This document shows, piece after piece, positions 38,199 through 48,491 of a stretch of 58,666 nt of DNA (within the stretch, counting starts at the first letter, position 1; each line of letters starts with the position of its first letter). Under the pieces are notes generated by a model. It ran no database searches. It was not told the DNA's origin and was given only the letters and a program-made list of their open reading frames with translations. The position numbers and the translations under genes were made by a program. The DNA is from a virus (taxonomy: Duplodnaviria; Heunggongvirae; Uroviricota; Caudoviricetes), in IMG/VR virus record IMGVR_UViG_3300010413_000002, positions 64,001 to 122,666 of that record; one strand, written 5' to 3'.

Positions 38199-38816
38199 AT
38201 GAGTGGAAATACATCAAAAAACTATTTTGAACAAACAGGAAGTGGTTTAGATAACAAACTTAATCTTGGTGGTTCAGTTGAATTTAAGAGTGGCTCAACT
38301 ATTGTAGATAATGGAACTTGGACTAAGAATGTTACAGATTTTGTTAAATTCTTAGGTATAAACGATGTTTTGTCTTTTTCAGCAGGCACTTGGACAACAA
38401 CAAGAGTAGCACAAGGAGATTATGTTTCTCGTAAAACTGCAGCTGATGATACAACGGTTATTGGCATAGATATTACAGAAATATTAAGAACTACAGCTTC
38501 AAAAGGATTAAAACTTACAAGTTTTGATGTCATATTTAGAAATACAACAGAAGCTCTTGATGCACATACTATAACGTTAGATAAAATTATTTACGCAGAT
38601 AGCGAAACAGTTACAGTAACTTCTGTTCCTTTAACTGGAGCTTTAGGTACTGGAATAGACGCAGATCCTCAAATTGATAATGTTGCTATTACTACACCTG
38701 CATATAATGTAACTGACGATTCTAAATATGTAATGGAATTAACAGTAAATGCAGCAGCTACTTCAGTTTATGATTTTATTGGAATCATGCTTAAATTTAC
38801 AAGAAGCGACTTATAA
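38199..38816 (+). CDS. Probable virion protein
   Basis: Thr-rich beta composition in head cluster. Confidence 0.55.
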   Translation: MSGNTSKNYFEQTGSGLDNKLNLGGSVEFKSGSTIVDNGTWTKNVTDFVKFLGINDVLSFSAGTWTTTRVAQGDYVSRKTAADDTTVIGIDITEILRTTASKGLKLTSFDVIFRNTTEALDAHTITLDKIIYADSETVTVTSVPLTGALGTGIDADPQIDNVAITTPAYNVTDDSKYVMELTVNAAATSVYDFIGIMLKFTRSDL

Positions 38817-38869
38817 TTTAAAAAGGGAATAAAAAATATTCCCTAATTAATAATTTAATAATAATTAAT

Positions 38870-39205
38870 ATGGCTACTAAAGAAGTATTAGCATATGAAA
38901 TAACAGGTACAAATCAATTTACAACACCAGTAACAGTAGTTAAAGGTGCTTCATTGAGATACGATATAACAAAAGATGTTGGAGTTACTTCTTTTTTGAT
39001 AATAGTTCAAGAAAGTTTGGATGGAGGTACTACTTGGGTTCAACGTGATAAATCCAATGAAAATCCAGTTCAGTTTTCAACTGAAGTTTCTAGTGATAGT
39101 GGCGTTCAAACATATGCACAAACTACTCTATATAGATTTGGAATTCCAACTGGTGGAACTTTTGTAGGAACTGGAAGTATTTATATAACCTTAAAGGCGG
39201 GTTAA
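38870..39205 (+). CDS. Probable virion protein
   Basis: QESLDGGTTWV motif. Confidence 0.55.
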   Translation: MATKEVLAYEITGTNQFTTPVTVVKGASLRYDITKDVGVTSFLIIVQESLDGGTTWVQRDKSNENPVQFSTEVSSDSGVQTYAQTTLYRFGIPTGGTFVGTGSIYITLKAG

Positions 39206-39206
39206 A

Positions 39207-39581
39207 ATGTGGAACACTTCAATGTGGGATGATAATTCTTTTTTAAGCGGATCTAATGTAATAATAGATTCTAGTTCTAATATTGTCGTAATTAATGGTT
39301 TAAACAATTATGTTACTAGCGAAAGTATAGAAGATGATGCCTATATAGATATACAATCAGCTACTTCTGGGTTTGGTTTTGTATTGGCAGGAAATAATGA
39401 GGAATATTGTAATTTCGTATTTGCTACAACAGGAGCAGTGTTGTTTTTATTGAGTTCAACTAATGCAACTAATGCAGATACAGATGGTAAACTTTGTATT
39501 TTTGATAATGGTACAAATGTAAGAATTAAAAACAGACTAGGAAGTGCTAAAGTTTTAAAAGTCAATATTTACTATTCGTAG
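39207..39581 (+). CDS. Probable virion protein
   Basis: Begins MWNTSMWDD, shared with next gene. Confidence 0.55.
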   Translation: MWNTSMWDDNSFLSGSNVIIDSSSNIVVINGLNNYVTSESIEDDAYIDIQSATSGFGFVLAGNNEEYCNFVFATTGAVLFLLSSTNATNADTDGKLCIFDNGTNVRIKNRLGSAKVLKVNIYYS

Positions 39582-39599
39582 TAATTAAAGGATATTAGA

Positions 39600-42500
39600 A
39601 TGTGGGATACTTCAATGTGGGATGAAGATAATGTAATTTCATCTCCTTTTCCAGAAGAAGGAGAAATAGGAAATGTTTATATAGAAACCACAGATAAACA
39701 ATTATATTTATGGGATAATGATACAGATGCTTATGTAAAAGTAGGCGATAGTACTTTTGAACCAAGAATAACAAATTTAGAAAATACAAATGTCAAACAA
39801 ACCATTTGGGAAGAAATCACGTCAAAAGGAATTGATAACACCGTCAATAACTTCAACGGAAAAACGTCTGTTGACACAACGATATGGGATAGCTCGCCTT
39901 ACAATTCTGAAGCTAAAAAAGTCGATTCGGGAGGAAATTACACGGGAGAAGACATTTTTACAGCGAGTGGCACGCATATCAAATCTATAATTGATTCTAA
40001 CGGAGATTATTTATTATCAGGAATACCAAATCCAACTCTTTATCCAAGATACGCAATAATTTATAACAGAAAAGGCACAGCAAAAGAATTTGGAGAGGAA
40101 GGAATTCCATCAAGTCAAATTTTAGAGGTTATAGAAACTCCAGCAATGGTTAGGGACGTAGAGAATTCCGAAATAAAACCAAAAAATGATGGCGACAATC
40201 TCAATATGGAAACAGGCGGCTTTAAAGATAGTAATGTTTCTATTGTTGTGCCTTTAGGAAGTGCAGACGATCCAGTTTTACAAACTCTCAAAAAGAATTT
40301 ATTAGGTGCAATAAATGAAGCTAATTTACGAATTTTATCTTCTTTAGGAAGTGGTAAATGGAGCGGATTAGTAATTTCAAAAAGTGGTACGAATAAATTT
40401 AATGTTGGAGCTGGTGTTTATGTTATTGTAGATAATTATACAGACCAAGATAATCCAACTTTTACATTTTATTTATTTGCAGGACAAAATGACATAACAC
40501 CTACATATTTACCTTTTGCAAACGCAACTTTTGTTGGAATGAGTGCAAGTGGAATTTATCAATCTCCATATTTAATTACTCCAGATCAGAAAAAAACCAT
40601 TATCCCAATTGGAACTTTAATACATACAGACCAAACAACTGTTCAATATACTTCAAGTACAGGAATAGTATTACCAAGTATTGGTCTTGAGTTTATTGAC
40701 TTTTTAAATGTTTTAGGACCAAGGTTTAATGAAAAAGGAAATGATTTTTCTGCAAATGGATCAAATGTAAATATTTCTAAATCAGAAGGTATAATGATTG
40801 GAACAGGTGTTAATTATGACAATTCGTTCAAAAATCCTCACACAAAAACTTTACCTTTTAAATCCGTTGTTTCATTTTTAAGAGTTAAGCGAGGAGTTAG
40901 CATTGCTGGAACTGTTCCGTCAACAGATATAGATACTGCACAATATGACCCTAACGGAGACGGCACTTTGGTTGATATTCCTAATGGGGAATTTGTAGCT
41001 CATAGAATAATGATAGTGCCTGAGTTTGGCACTGATGGATTAACTCTTATTCAATATGGACAAAAGAGTTATGATACTATGAAAAATGCTCTTGACTCCT
41101 TCCAAAAAGAAGAATTTGAAAAGATTGTTGAGGCAGAAAATATACATATACGTTGTGCTATAATTGTTAAACATGGAGCAACGGATTTATCGGACAGAAC
41201 ACAAGCTAATTTTGTGAATTTTGGTAGATTAGGAGAAGTCAATTTTACTCGCAACCCAAGATACGCGGAAACTTCATCAGCCGTACCAGTAATAAGCGGT
41301 ATGTCAGACCAAAGACAAGTGATTTCTTTTGTTAATAGTGGCGGTGTATTGTATGCTGATATTGGTAAATCCTGTAATTTAAAGAGAAATGACATATCGT
41401 TTATTGCTTCTGATAAATCTATTAATACTTCTGGTGGAGATTTTACAGAATGCAATCCTCAAATTGGCGATAAAATTATTGTTTATGATAGTGTAAATAA
41501 CAATGGGGCTTTTACTATTGCCTCAGTAACCTCAACAAAAATTATTGTAAATGAAACAATAATTGATGAGTCTGCAGGTTCTTATATTTTTATCGAATTT
41601 GGCGGAAATGGTGATATAACTTTCAACTTTAATGACTGGAAATATATATTAGATTGCACAACTGGTTCGGGTGTTGGTGGTCGTGCAAGAATAGCTTTAA
41701 CCGCTGGAACAGATACAGTTCCACAAGAAAATTGGCTTTTTACGATTCCAAGTGGCGAAGATGCAATTTTACAACAATCATTAACTGAACCAGATCCTGA
41801 AGATTATCCAAACGGATTAGGTATGGTTTGCTCTGTTTTTGTTCCCAGTGTTACTGAAACTGTTTCAATTGGGGCTTATAATTCTCGTAGATGGACTGAT
41901 ACAAAAAATGTTGATGGCAGAGGTGTTATTGCGACTATTTTGTCAAAATTACGCGATAGAACTGATTATAAATCGGGATTGGGAGCGACTATTACTATTG
42001 ATACAGCTCCGACTCCTGATAGTGTTGATTTTACGGTTGCGTCAGGTGTTGTAAGAGAGATATACAAACAACGTATTAATGCCTTACAATTATCTATAGA
42101 TAGTGCTTTAATTGTAAACGATCCAACTACCGCCTATAGAAAAATAACAGATTTAAATGTAATCACGGTCGATTCAACTGGAGCAAGTTTAAATAATAAA
42201 TATTTCCAATTAATAATAGCTGTCTCCTTAAATACTGATGGTTATCCCGATAGATTATTAATAAATTTACCAAATGGATCTTATATAAATGCTCAAGATG
42301 CCTTTGATGATATTAATAATTATTCTGTAACTACTTTTCCTGCTGGATTTAAATCTGTTTATTTATTATTTGCTGGTGTTTTCAAGATTACTGGAGGAAA
42401 TGTTTGGACAAACGAAGCTTTATCTTTTGGAATTAACAATATTGATTTAAGAGGTCAACCTTTAGGTGTTAAATCTAGCGGTTCTGGAACTTCTGCAGTA

Positions 42501-43928
42501 ACTGAATTTTCAGATACTAGTTTCGGTGTTTATGATGAGGGTGATAATACTAAATTATTAAGACTTCAATGTTCAGGAATATCTACTGGAACAACAAGGT
42601 TATGGACTGTTCCTAATAGAAATTTGGATTTAGGAAATCCTATTTTTGATAGTTTAGACGTTGACGATATTAATATTAACGGAACTATTATAGAAAGTTC
42701 TTCACAATTAAATTTAAGAGGCGCTACAACTTCTGGTGTCTTGGTAAATAATATTGGAGATGGAGCTAAATTTAATATTATTGCAGATCAAGGCACAGAA
42801 AATTTAAAAGAATTTATATATAAAGAACATTCAAGTGCTGGTATTATTGCTGGAGGCGGAATTTATGAAACAGTTTATTTAGATAATGGTATTGGGTTGT
42901 CTGATGATACACACTTAGTTCTTTATCAAGTTTCTGATGTTACTTTAAATAATGTGAAAGCTTTTTATAGCATTGTTTTGTTAGATGAAGCTGGAGATGG
43001 TTTGCAAACAAGATTTATAATAGACCACGACGGAGCGTTAAATTTGCCAACAAGTGGCTCTCAATACGAAATTGGTGGAACTTCGGTTTTAAATGCAACG
43101 ACTTTGGGTGTTAATATTGTGAATTCAAGCTTGACAAGTTTAGGCACGATTGCAAGTTTAGTTGCTACAACAGCCGATATAAACGGAGGTACGATTGATG
43201 GCGTAACTATTGGCACAAATTCGGCTTGTACAGATTTAATAGTTGACAATTTACAACTTGATGGAAACACTATAAGTTCTACGAATACAAACGGGGATAT
43301 AACAATTACTCCCAATGGAACAGGAAATATATTAAGTCCTAATAATATTCTAGTAGGTGATACAGGTGGATTGTATTTTTCAATTAGTGGAAACATTGTT
43401 CAATTCCATCGAGATGCTAATCCATCATATATAGACCAATTTGGAACGGGTAGTATAAGATTTAGATTTGGAGCTAGTGCAACTACACGAGTTCGTTTTG
43501 AAAATAATGGTAATATCTATTTTCCTGAGGTTTACAATAACACAACAGCTTCGTCAGCAAATAGATATATTGACTCAGCAGGTTTAGAGTATCGTTCAAC
43601 TTGTGGAGAGTATTGGAAAAAAAACTTAAGAGATATAGAAATTGATACTTCTAAAATATATGATGTTTCAATTAAAACTTTTGAAGAAAAAACTACTAAC
43701 AAAACTTATTCGAGCATAGTAGCAGATGAGAATACTTATAACGCTATTCCTGAAATAGTTATCAAATCAGACGCTTTAGCAATTGATGAAAATGGAGAAA
43801 AGTTGTTAGATGAAAATGGAGAAAGTATTATAGAAAAAGACATATACGATTCTCTTAATTGGAATTTAATTATAACAGCAATGCTTTGTGAAATGAAAAA
43901 ATTAAAACAAAGAATTGATATTTTGTAA
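39600..43928 (+). CDS. Large spike/fibre protein with C-terminal intramolecular chaperone (peptidase S74-like)
   Basis: STCGEYWKKNLRDI...IVADE...IPEIV...LNW...EMKKLKQRIDIL. Confidence 0.75.
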   Translation: MWDTSMWDEDNVISSPFPEEGEIGNVYIETTDKQLYLWDNDTDAYVKVGDSTFEPRITNLENTNVKQTIWEEITSKGIDNTVNNFNGKTSVDTTIWDSSPYNSEAKKVDSGGNYTGEDIFTASGTHIKSIIDSNGDYLLSGIPNPTLYPRYAIIYNRKGTAKEFGEEGIPSSQILEVIETPAMVRDVENSEIKPKNDGDNLNMETGGFKDSNVSIVVPLGSADDPVLQTLKKNLLGAINEANLRILSSLGSGKWSGLVISKSGTNKFNVGAGVYVIVDNYTDQDNPTFTFYLFAGQNDITPTYLPFANATFVGMSASGIYQSPYLITPDQKKTIIPIGTLIHTDQTTVQYTSSTGIVLPSIGLEFIDFLNVLGPRFNEKGNDFSANGSNVNISKSEGIMIGTGVNYDNSFKNPHTKTLPFKSVVSFLRVKRGVSIAGTVPSTDIDTAQYDPNGDGTLVDIPNGEFVAHRIMIVPEFGTDGLTLIQYGQKSYDTMKNALDSFQKEEFEKIVEAENIHIRCAIIVKHGATDLSDRTQANFVNFGRLGEVNFTRNPRYAETSSAVPVISGMSDQRQVISFVNSGGVLYADIGKSCNLKRNDISFIASDKSINTSGGDFTECNPQIGDKIIVYDSVNNNGAFTIASVTSTKIIVNETIIDESAGSYIFIEFGGNGDITFNFNDWKYILDCTTGSGVGGRARIALTAGTDTVPQENWLFTIPSGEDAILQQSLTEPDPEDYPNGLGMVCSVFVPSVTETVSIGAYNSRRWTDTKNVDGRGVIATILSKLRDRTDYKSGLGATITIDTAPTPDSVDFTVASGVVREIYKQRINALQLSIDSALIVNDPTTAYRKITDLNVITVDSTGASLNNKYFQLIIAVSLNTDGYPDRLLINLPNGSYINAQDAFDDINNYSVTTFPAGFKSVYLLFAGVFKITGGNVWTNEALSFGINNIDLRGQPLGVKSSGSGTSAVTEFSDTSFGVYDEGDNTKLLRLQCSGISTGTTRLWTVPNRNLDLGNPIFDSLDVDDININGTIIESSSQLNLRGATTSGVLVNNIGDGAKFNIIADQGTENLKEFIYKEHSSAGIIAGGGIYETVYLDNGIGLSDDTHLVLYQVSDVTLNNVKAFYSIVLLDEAGDGLQTRFIIDHDGALNLPTSGSQYEIGGTSVLNATTLGVNIVNSSLTSLGTIASLVATTADINGGTIDGVTIGTNSACTDLIVDNLQLDGNTISSTNTNGDITITPNGTGNILSPNNILVGDTGGLYFSISGNIVQFHRDANPSYIDQFGTGSIRFRFGASATTRVRFENNGNIYFPEVYNNTTASSANRYIDSAGLEYRSTCGEYWKKNLRDIEIDTSKIYDVSIKTFEEKTTNKTYSSIVADENTYNAIPEIVIKSDALAIDENGEKLLDENGESIIEKDIYDSLNWNLIITAMLCEMKKLKQRIDIL

Positions 43929-43955
43929 TCTATGGTTTAACAAAAAGGAAAAATT

Positions 43956-44153
43956 ATGAAAAAATATATAGTAAATGAAGATTTAATAAATAATTATAAA
44001 ATAATTGTAAATAAGCTTTGTGGTAATAAACAAAATATTTTTACTGCAAATGAATTATTTATACTTTCTAAGTTATTAGATACAATAGAGTTTTTTGAAG
44101 AACAAAAAGATAACAATAAAAAAAATAAACAAAATGAAAATACAATTTCCTAA
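43956..44153 (+). CDS. Hypothetical protein
   Basis: 65-aa ORF with AAGGA SD. Confidence 0.5.
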   Translation: MKKYIVNEDLINNYKIIVNKLCGNKQNIFTANELFILSKLLDTIEFFEEQKDNNKKNKQNENTIS

Positions 44154-44682
44154 AACCATAAGTGGTTGGACTATATTAGTTGCTGTTTTATCATATATTT
44201 TTGATAAAATAGTTAAAATGTTAATATTTCTTTTTAAAAACAGAGGATCTTCAAAAGAAACCGAGGAAGAGTTTATAAGAATAAAAGAAGATAATGAAAA
44301 AAGACACAAAGAAATAAAAGAATCTATTCTAAGTATAACCGAAAAACAAGATTCAATGAAAGATGATTTTAGAATTATCATGAGAGAAGAAATGAAAAAT
44401 TTAGTTTCTAAAGAAATGTTTGAAGAAAGAATTAAAAATTTAAAACAAGAAATAAATAATGATATTAAATTGAAATTTATAAAAATACAATCGGTTTGTG
44501 ATAAAGCAATTGAAAATGCTAAAAATCAAGAAATAGAAGCAAGAGGAATGAAACATCAATTAAGAGAGGTTTTTAAACCAATGATTGCAGAATATCATAA
44601 AATGAATGAGGATAAAACAAAAAAATCTATTAAAAATAAAGTTAAAAAAATATTGGAAAACAAAAATGAAGAAATGGATTAA
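44095..44682 (+). CDS. Membrane-anchored coiled-coil protein (probable start MKIQFPK)
   Basis: One TM helix then coiled coil. Confidence 0.55.
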   Translation: MKNKKITIKKINKMKIQFPKTISGWTILVAVLSYIFDKIVKMLIFLFKNRGSSKETEEEFIRIKEDNEKRHKEIKESILSITEKQDSMKDDFRIIMREEMKNLVSKEMFEERIKNLKQEINNDIKLKFIKIQSVCDKAIENAKNQEIEARGMKHQLREVFKPMIAEYHKMNEDKTKKSIKNKVKKILENKNEEMD

Positions 44683-44893
44683 AAGAATATGGGGAAGTAA
44701 GAAATCATTAACTTGGTTTGTTAATGAAGGAATGAATATTTCTTGGTTTATTAGATTGTATCTAAAACAAGAGCCATTAGGATTAGATGAATTAATAGTA
44801 TTTTCTATAATAAATTTGGTAAGTTTAATATGTCTTGGTTTGATAGAGTTTTCAAAAATTAAAATAGAATATAAAAAAGGACGAGATGTTTAA
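44606..44893 (+). CDS. Candidate holin (probable start MKKWIK at 44667)
   Basis: Hydrophobic segments, charged C-terminus, precedes spanins. Confidence 0.4.
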   Translation: MRIKQKNLLKIKLKKYWKTKMKKWIKRIWGSKKSLTWFVNEGMNISWFIRLYLKQEPLGLDELIVFSIINLVSLICLGLIEFSKIKIEYKKGRDV

Positions 44894-45113
44894 AAAAATA
44901 AAAAATTTAAAAAATTATGCCGTTATTGCAGTAATACTTGCAATTGTTTGTAAAATTTTTAAAATGGGACAAGCAAAACAAGAATTAAAACAAATAAAAG
45001 CTTATGACAAAAGAAAAAAACAAGCGAAAAAAAATTATGAAAAAACTATTAATAGCGATGGTTCTGCTAGTCGTAAGTGGTTGCATAACAAAAAATGTAA
45101 TAAAAACAGTTGA
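44886..45113 (+). CDS. Candidate i-spanin (Rz-like)
   Basis: N-terminal TM plus periplasmic coiled coil, overlaps lipoprotein gene. Confidence 0.6.
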   Translation: MFKKIKNLKNYAVIAVILAIVCKIFKMGQAKQELKQIKAYDKRKKQAKKNYEKTINSDGSASRKWLHNKKCNKNS

Positions 45114-45231
45114 ATGTGGTTGGTATGAACCAATTTATCCCCATTTAACACATAAAGAAATTGATATTTTAAATATTAATGCAATTAATACTATAAAACA
45201 TAATGATAAAGAATATGAAAAATGTCCATAA
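45037..45231 (+). CDS. Candidate o-spanin lipoprotein (Rz1-like)
   Basis: MKKLLIAMVLLVVSG-C lipobox. Confidence 0.65.
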   Translation: MKKLLIAMVLLVVSGCITKNVIKTVECGWYEPIYPHLTHKEIDILNINAINTIKHNDKEYEKCP

Positions 45232-45235
45232 TTTC

Positions 45236-45265
45236 TTGACTTTTATTTTTTATTTATTATATAAT
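45236..45265 (+). promoter_or_regulatory. Sigma70-type promoter
   Basis: TTGACT-N18-TATAAT. Confidence 0.55.
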
Positions 45266-45290
45266 ACTTTTATTAAAAAAATTAAAACAA

Positions 45291-45548
45291 ATGAAATATA
45301 AAAAAGTTTCAGAAAAAAAATTTAAAGAATTTATAAAAAATAATTCTTTAACTAAATTTGTAGAAAAAAATAGAGTTGACAAATTAAGCTTAATTTTTTT
45401 TAAAGATTCTTCTGAGGAAATTATAGCCAAATACTATAAAGATCCAGAAAAAAAAGAAACTTTTGGATTTTCAATAAAAAAGGATTATAATGAAAATATT
45501 AAACCAACTAAAAGTATTGGCAACAAAATATCTAAAAGAAAAAAATAA
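45291..45548 (+). CDS. Hypothetical protein
   Basis: 85-aa ORF. Confidence 0.5.
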   Translation: MKYKKVSEKKFKEFIKNNSLTKFVEKNRVDKLSLIFFKDSSEEIIAKYYKDPEKKETFGFSIKKDYNENIKPTKSIGNKISKRKK

Positions 45549-45915
45549 AGAATATCTAATAGCAACAAGAAATATAATAAACGCACTTCAAAATAAACAA
45601 AAAGACAAAAAAAACAACCTAACTGAACAAGAAGAAATTCAAGTTTTGAAAAATCTAAGAAAAAAATCATTAGAATCAATAGAAGCCTACAAAAAAGGAA
45701 ATCGTCAAGATTTAGTTAAACTAGAAAAGATTGATTTAAAAATCATAGAACAATTTTTACCAAAAGAATTATCCGAAGAAAAAACTAAAGAGATTATTGA
45801 AAAAGTAATTCAAAAATTAAATACTAAAGATATAGGTTTAATTATGAAAGAGTTAAAACAGTATAAAAATATTAATATGGGTCTTGCTTCTAAAATAATT
45901 AGAACCTTAATATAA
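45490..45915 (+). CDS. yqeY: GatB/YqeY domain protein
   Basis: ESIEAYKKGNRQDLV..E...IEQFLPKELSEE...DIGLIMK. Confidence 0.88.
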   Translation: MKILNQLKVLATKYLKEKNKEYLIATRNIINALQNKQKDKKNNLTEQEEIQVLKNLRKKSLESIEAYKKGNRQDLVKLEKIDLKIIEQFLPKELSEEKTKEIIEKVIQKLNTKDIGLIMKELKQYKNINMGLASKIIRTLI

Positions 45916-45985
45916 ACTAGGTGGCAGAAGGGTTATGCAACGGTCTGCAAAACTGTTTATGCGAGTTCAAATCTCGTCCTAGTTT
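45915..45985 (+). tRNA. trnC: tRNA-Cys(GCA)
   Basis: Loop CT-GCA-AA, U73. Confidence 0.88.
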
Positions 45986-45999
45986 CAAACCAAAATAAA

Positions 46000-46782
46000 A
46001 TGAATGGAAAAAATATTAAATATTATGAATTGATTCAAAATAATGAAGTTATAATTCCTAATTTACCTTTATATATTAGAATTGATGGAAGAAGTTTCCA
46101 TGTATTTACAAAAGGTTTCCAAAAGCCATTTGATTTAGATTTTATGAAAATAATGCAAAAAACTACTTCAGAATTAATTAAGGAAACAAAAGCTTGTATT
46201 GGTTATACTCAATCTGATGAAATAAGTTTAGCTTTTTATCCTAAAGACAATAATGAAATTTTTTTATTTGGAGGAAGAAAATTTAAATTAATCTCAGTCT
46301 TTTCTTCTCTTGCTACAAGTATTTTTATAAAAGAATGTTTAAAATCTAAAAATAAATTAATAAAAGAAAGAACTAAAAAAATTAATGTTTCTTTTGATTG
46401 TAGAATATATCAACTTCCAAATATACAAGAATTATTTAATGTATTTAAATGGAGAGAAGATGACGCAGTAAAAAATTCAATTAATATGCTTGCTCAAAGC
46501 CTATATAAACACAAAGAACTTCAAAACAAAAATCAAACAGAGCTTCAAGATATGATCTACGATAAAGGTTTAAATTGGAACAATTGCATTCCTGATTTTA
46601 AAAGAGGAACTTTTTTTGTTAAAGTCTTTAAAAAAAGAAAAGTTAAAAAAGAATATTTAAACAAATTTAAAATTAAAAATAAATTTTATTTTAGAGCAAA
46701 AATTGAAAAATTAAATTTAGAAGAAAATAACGGTATAACCATTGAAAAATTCAATGAATTTTATAAAAATCTTGATTATTAA
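46000..46782 (+). CDS. Thg1-like 3'-5' RNA polymerase (TLP)
   Basis: IRIDGRSFH, GYTQSDEISL, FGGRKFKL, FDCRI, WREDDAVKNSINM, FKRGTF. Confidence 0.92.
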   Translation: MNGKNIKYYELIQNNEVIIPNLPLYIRIDGRSFHVFTKGFQKPFDLDFMKIMQKTTSELIKETKACIGYTQSDEISLAFYPKDNNEIFLFGGRKFKLISVFSSLATSIFIKECLKSKNKLIKERTKKINVSFDCRIYQLPNIQELFNVFKWREDDAVKNSINMLAQSLYKHKELQNKNQTELQDMIYDKGLNWNNCIPDFKRGTFFVKVFKKRKVKKEYLNKFKIKNKFYFRAKIEKLNLEENNGITIEKFNEFYKNLDY

Positions 46783-46809
46783 TTTTTTTAAATTAATATA
46801 AAATTATTG

Positions 46810-46884
<75 letters not shown>

Positions 46885-46898
46885 CATTATAGGAGAAA

Positions 46899-47145
46899 AA
46901 TGTTTAGAATTTTTTTTAGAAAAAGATTTGTTTGTGGGCATATAGCTTATTTTGGTGCAGACGAAAAAAGCGAAAGTTTTAAAATTTGGAATACAAGTTT
47001 TAATTTTGCAGAAGACGCAAAAAAATGGTTTAAATTTTATATGTATAAACCTGTTATTTTATATGATAGAAAAACAAAATGCTTAATAAAGACAAGAAAT
47101 CTTATCAGCATTTATTTTAATGAAATAAAGGAGGAAAATGACTAA
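46899..47145 (+). CDS. Hypothetical protein (start MFRIFFRK after AGGAG; track start lies inside tRNA-Phe)
   Basis: SD and ATG downstream of tRNA. Confidence 0.5.
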
Positions 47146-47863
47146 AAAAACAGAATTAGATCCATTGGAATATTTCCAAGATTTAAAAACTAAAAAAAGA
47201 AAATGGAATACTGAAAAATTAAAATTATTATTAAATAACACTGAAAAACTTCTAACAAAAGCTTATAAATTAAATCAAGAAGAAGTTTGTAGAAAGTTAT
47301 TGTTTAATTTAGATGTAATACAAAAAGAAAAAAAAGTTTTTGATTTAGGAATAGATACTTTTATATATTCTGAAGACATCTTAGAATATATAAATGATAT
47401 TTCTAATAAAGAAGTAAAAATAATAGAATTAAAGAAATTTCCTAGAGAGATTCCTGACAATATTTCTAATAAAATTTTAGAATTAAAAGAAAAAAAAATC
47501 TTTGATGACTTTCTTATAGTTTTTACAGATTATACTGGAGAAGTAGAAAAACAAGTAGAAAAAGAAAGAAGAAGAAAAGACCCAATAATATTTGGAATTT
47601 TTACTAAAGATAAAAACTTTTGCAATAGATGTTATTTCATAGCTGACTGGGAAGATGAATATTGCGATTTGACTTTAGAAAGAATGATTGGAGAAATGGC
47701 TGAAGAAGGTATTAACATAAAACACTCCGTCGAACAAAACATCGAACTAGACGACATTAGAAGCTATATCAATTCTTTAGATGAAAAGAATAAGGTTTTA
47801 ATGAATCGTATTAGTAGAAAACCATCGTTTTTTGAAAAGGTTAGATTATGGTTAAAAAAATAA
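47138..47863 (+). CDS. Hypothetical protein
   Basis: 241 aa; KDPIIFG...FIADWEDEYCDLT. Confidence 0.65.
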   Translation: MTKKTELDPLEYFQDLKTKKRKWNTEKLKLLLNNTEKLLTKAYKLNQEEVCRKLLFNLDVIQKEKKVFDLGIDTFIYSEDILEYINDISNKEVKIIELKKFPREIPDNISNKILELKEKKIFDDFLIVFTDYTGEVEKQVEKERRRKDPIIFGIFTKDKNFCNRCYFIADWEDEYCDLTLERMIGEMAEEGINIKHSVEQNIELDDIRSYINSLDEKNKVLMNRISRKPSFFEKVRLWLKK

Positions 47864-48219
47864 GTAGAAGAATAGATTTAACTGAAGATAATCTTTTTTC
47901 TAAAGATAATTCTAGTTTGTCTGTTTATAAAACTATGTTAAAATCTAAAAAGATAATAAAAAAATATTCTAATTTTTTAAATAGAAAAATAAAACAAATT
48001 AATTCAGAAATAGATCTTTATTTAGAAGATAAATATTGTAGTATTTATTGGAAAATAAAAGAACAATCAGATAATTTTAATCTTAAAAATGAACTATTAT
48101 ACCGCTGTCATTTTTGTGGAAAAAAACTTCCACCTTTAACATATGGATTGTGTAAAAAATGCGATAGAGAATTTGGACTATCGCAAAATAATAAAATCTC
48201 TTTTGAAACTTTTTTTTAA
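47848..48219 (+). CDS. Zinc-finger hypothetical protein
   Basis: CHFCG...LCKKC. Confidence 0.55.
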   Translation: MVKKISRRIDLTEDNLFSKDNSSLSVYKTMLKSKKIIKKYSNFLNRKIKQINSEIDLYLEDKYCSIYWKIKEQSDNFNLKNELLYRCHFCGKKLPPLTYGLCKKCDREFGLSQNNKISFETFF

Positions 48220-48455
48220 ATCATTCCCAAGGCATCTTTATAGGTTTCAAGTAATTGTTCTATTTCAATTCTTTGGTCTTGATCCATTTTTCTTAAATTA
48301 ACAATTTTTTTAATTATTTTAGTATTAAAACCTAAAGCTTTAGCTTCTTTATAAATCCCACTTATTTCATCAACAAGCTCTTTTCTTTTTTCCTCTAAAG
48401 CTTCAATATTTTCTACTATTTTTTTTAATTTCAAATCAATATTGTTTTCTATCAT
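48216..48455 (-). CDS. gapR: GapR / DUF2312 nucleoid-associated protein
   Basis: IEALEEKRKELVDEISGIYKEAKALGFNTKIIKKIVNLRKMD...LLETYKDALGM. Confidence 0.88.
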   Translation of the reverse strand: MIENNIDLKLKKIVENIEALEEKRKELVDEISGIYKEAKALGFNTKIIKKIVNLRKMDQDQRIEIEQLLETYKDALGMI

Positions 48456-48491
48456 ATTTCCTTTTTTATTATTAATAATAATATTTATATT

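Noticed and set aside
11994-44381. Short antisense ORFs inside long genes (e.g. 11994, 15784, 18544, 20073, 25395, 25866, 26391, 27857, 35721, 37703, 39341, 41069, 43061, 44076)
   Set aside because: Fully nested opposite well-supported CDSs, with no motifs or RBS.
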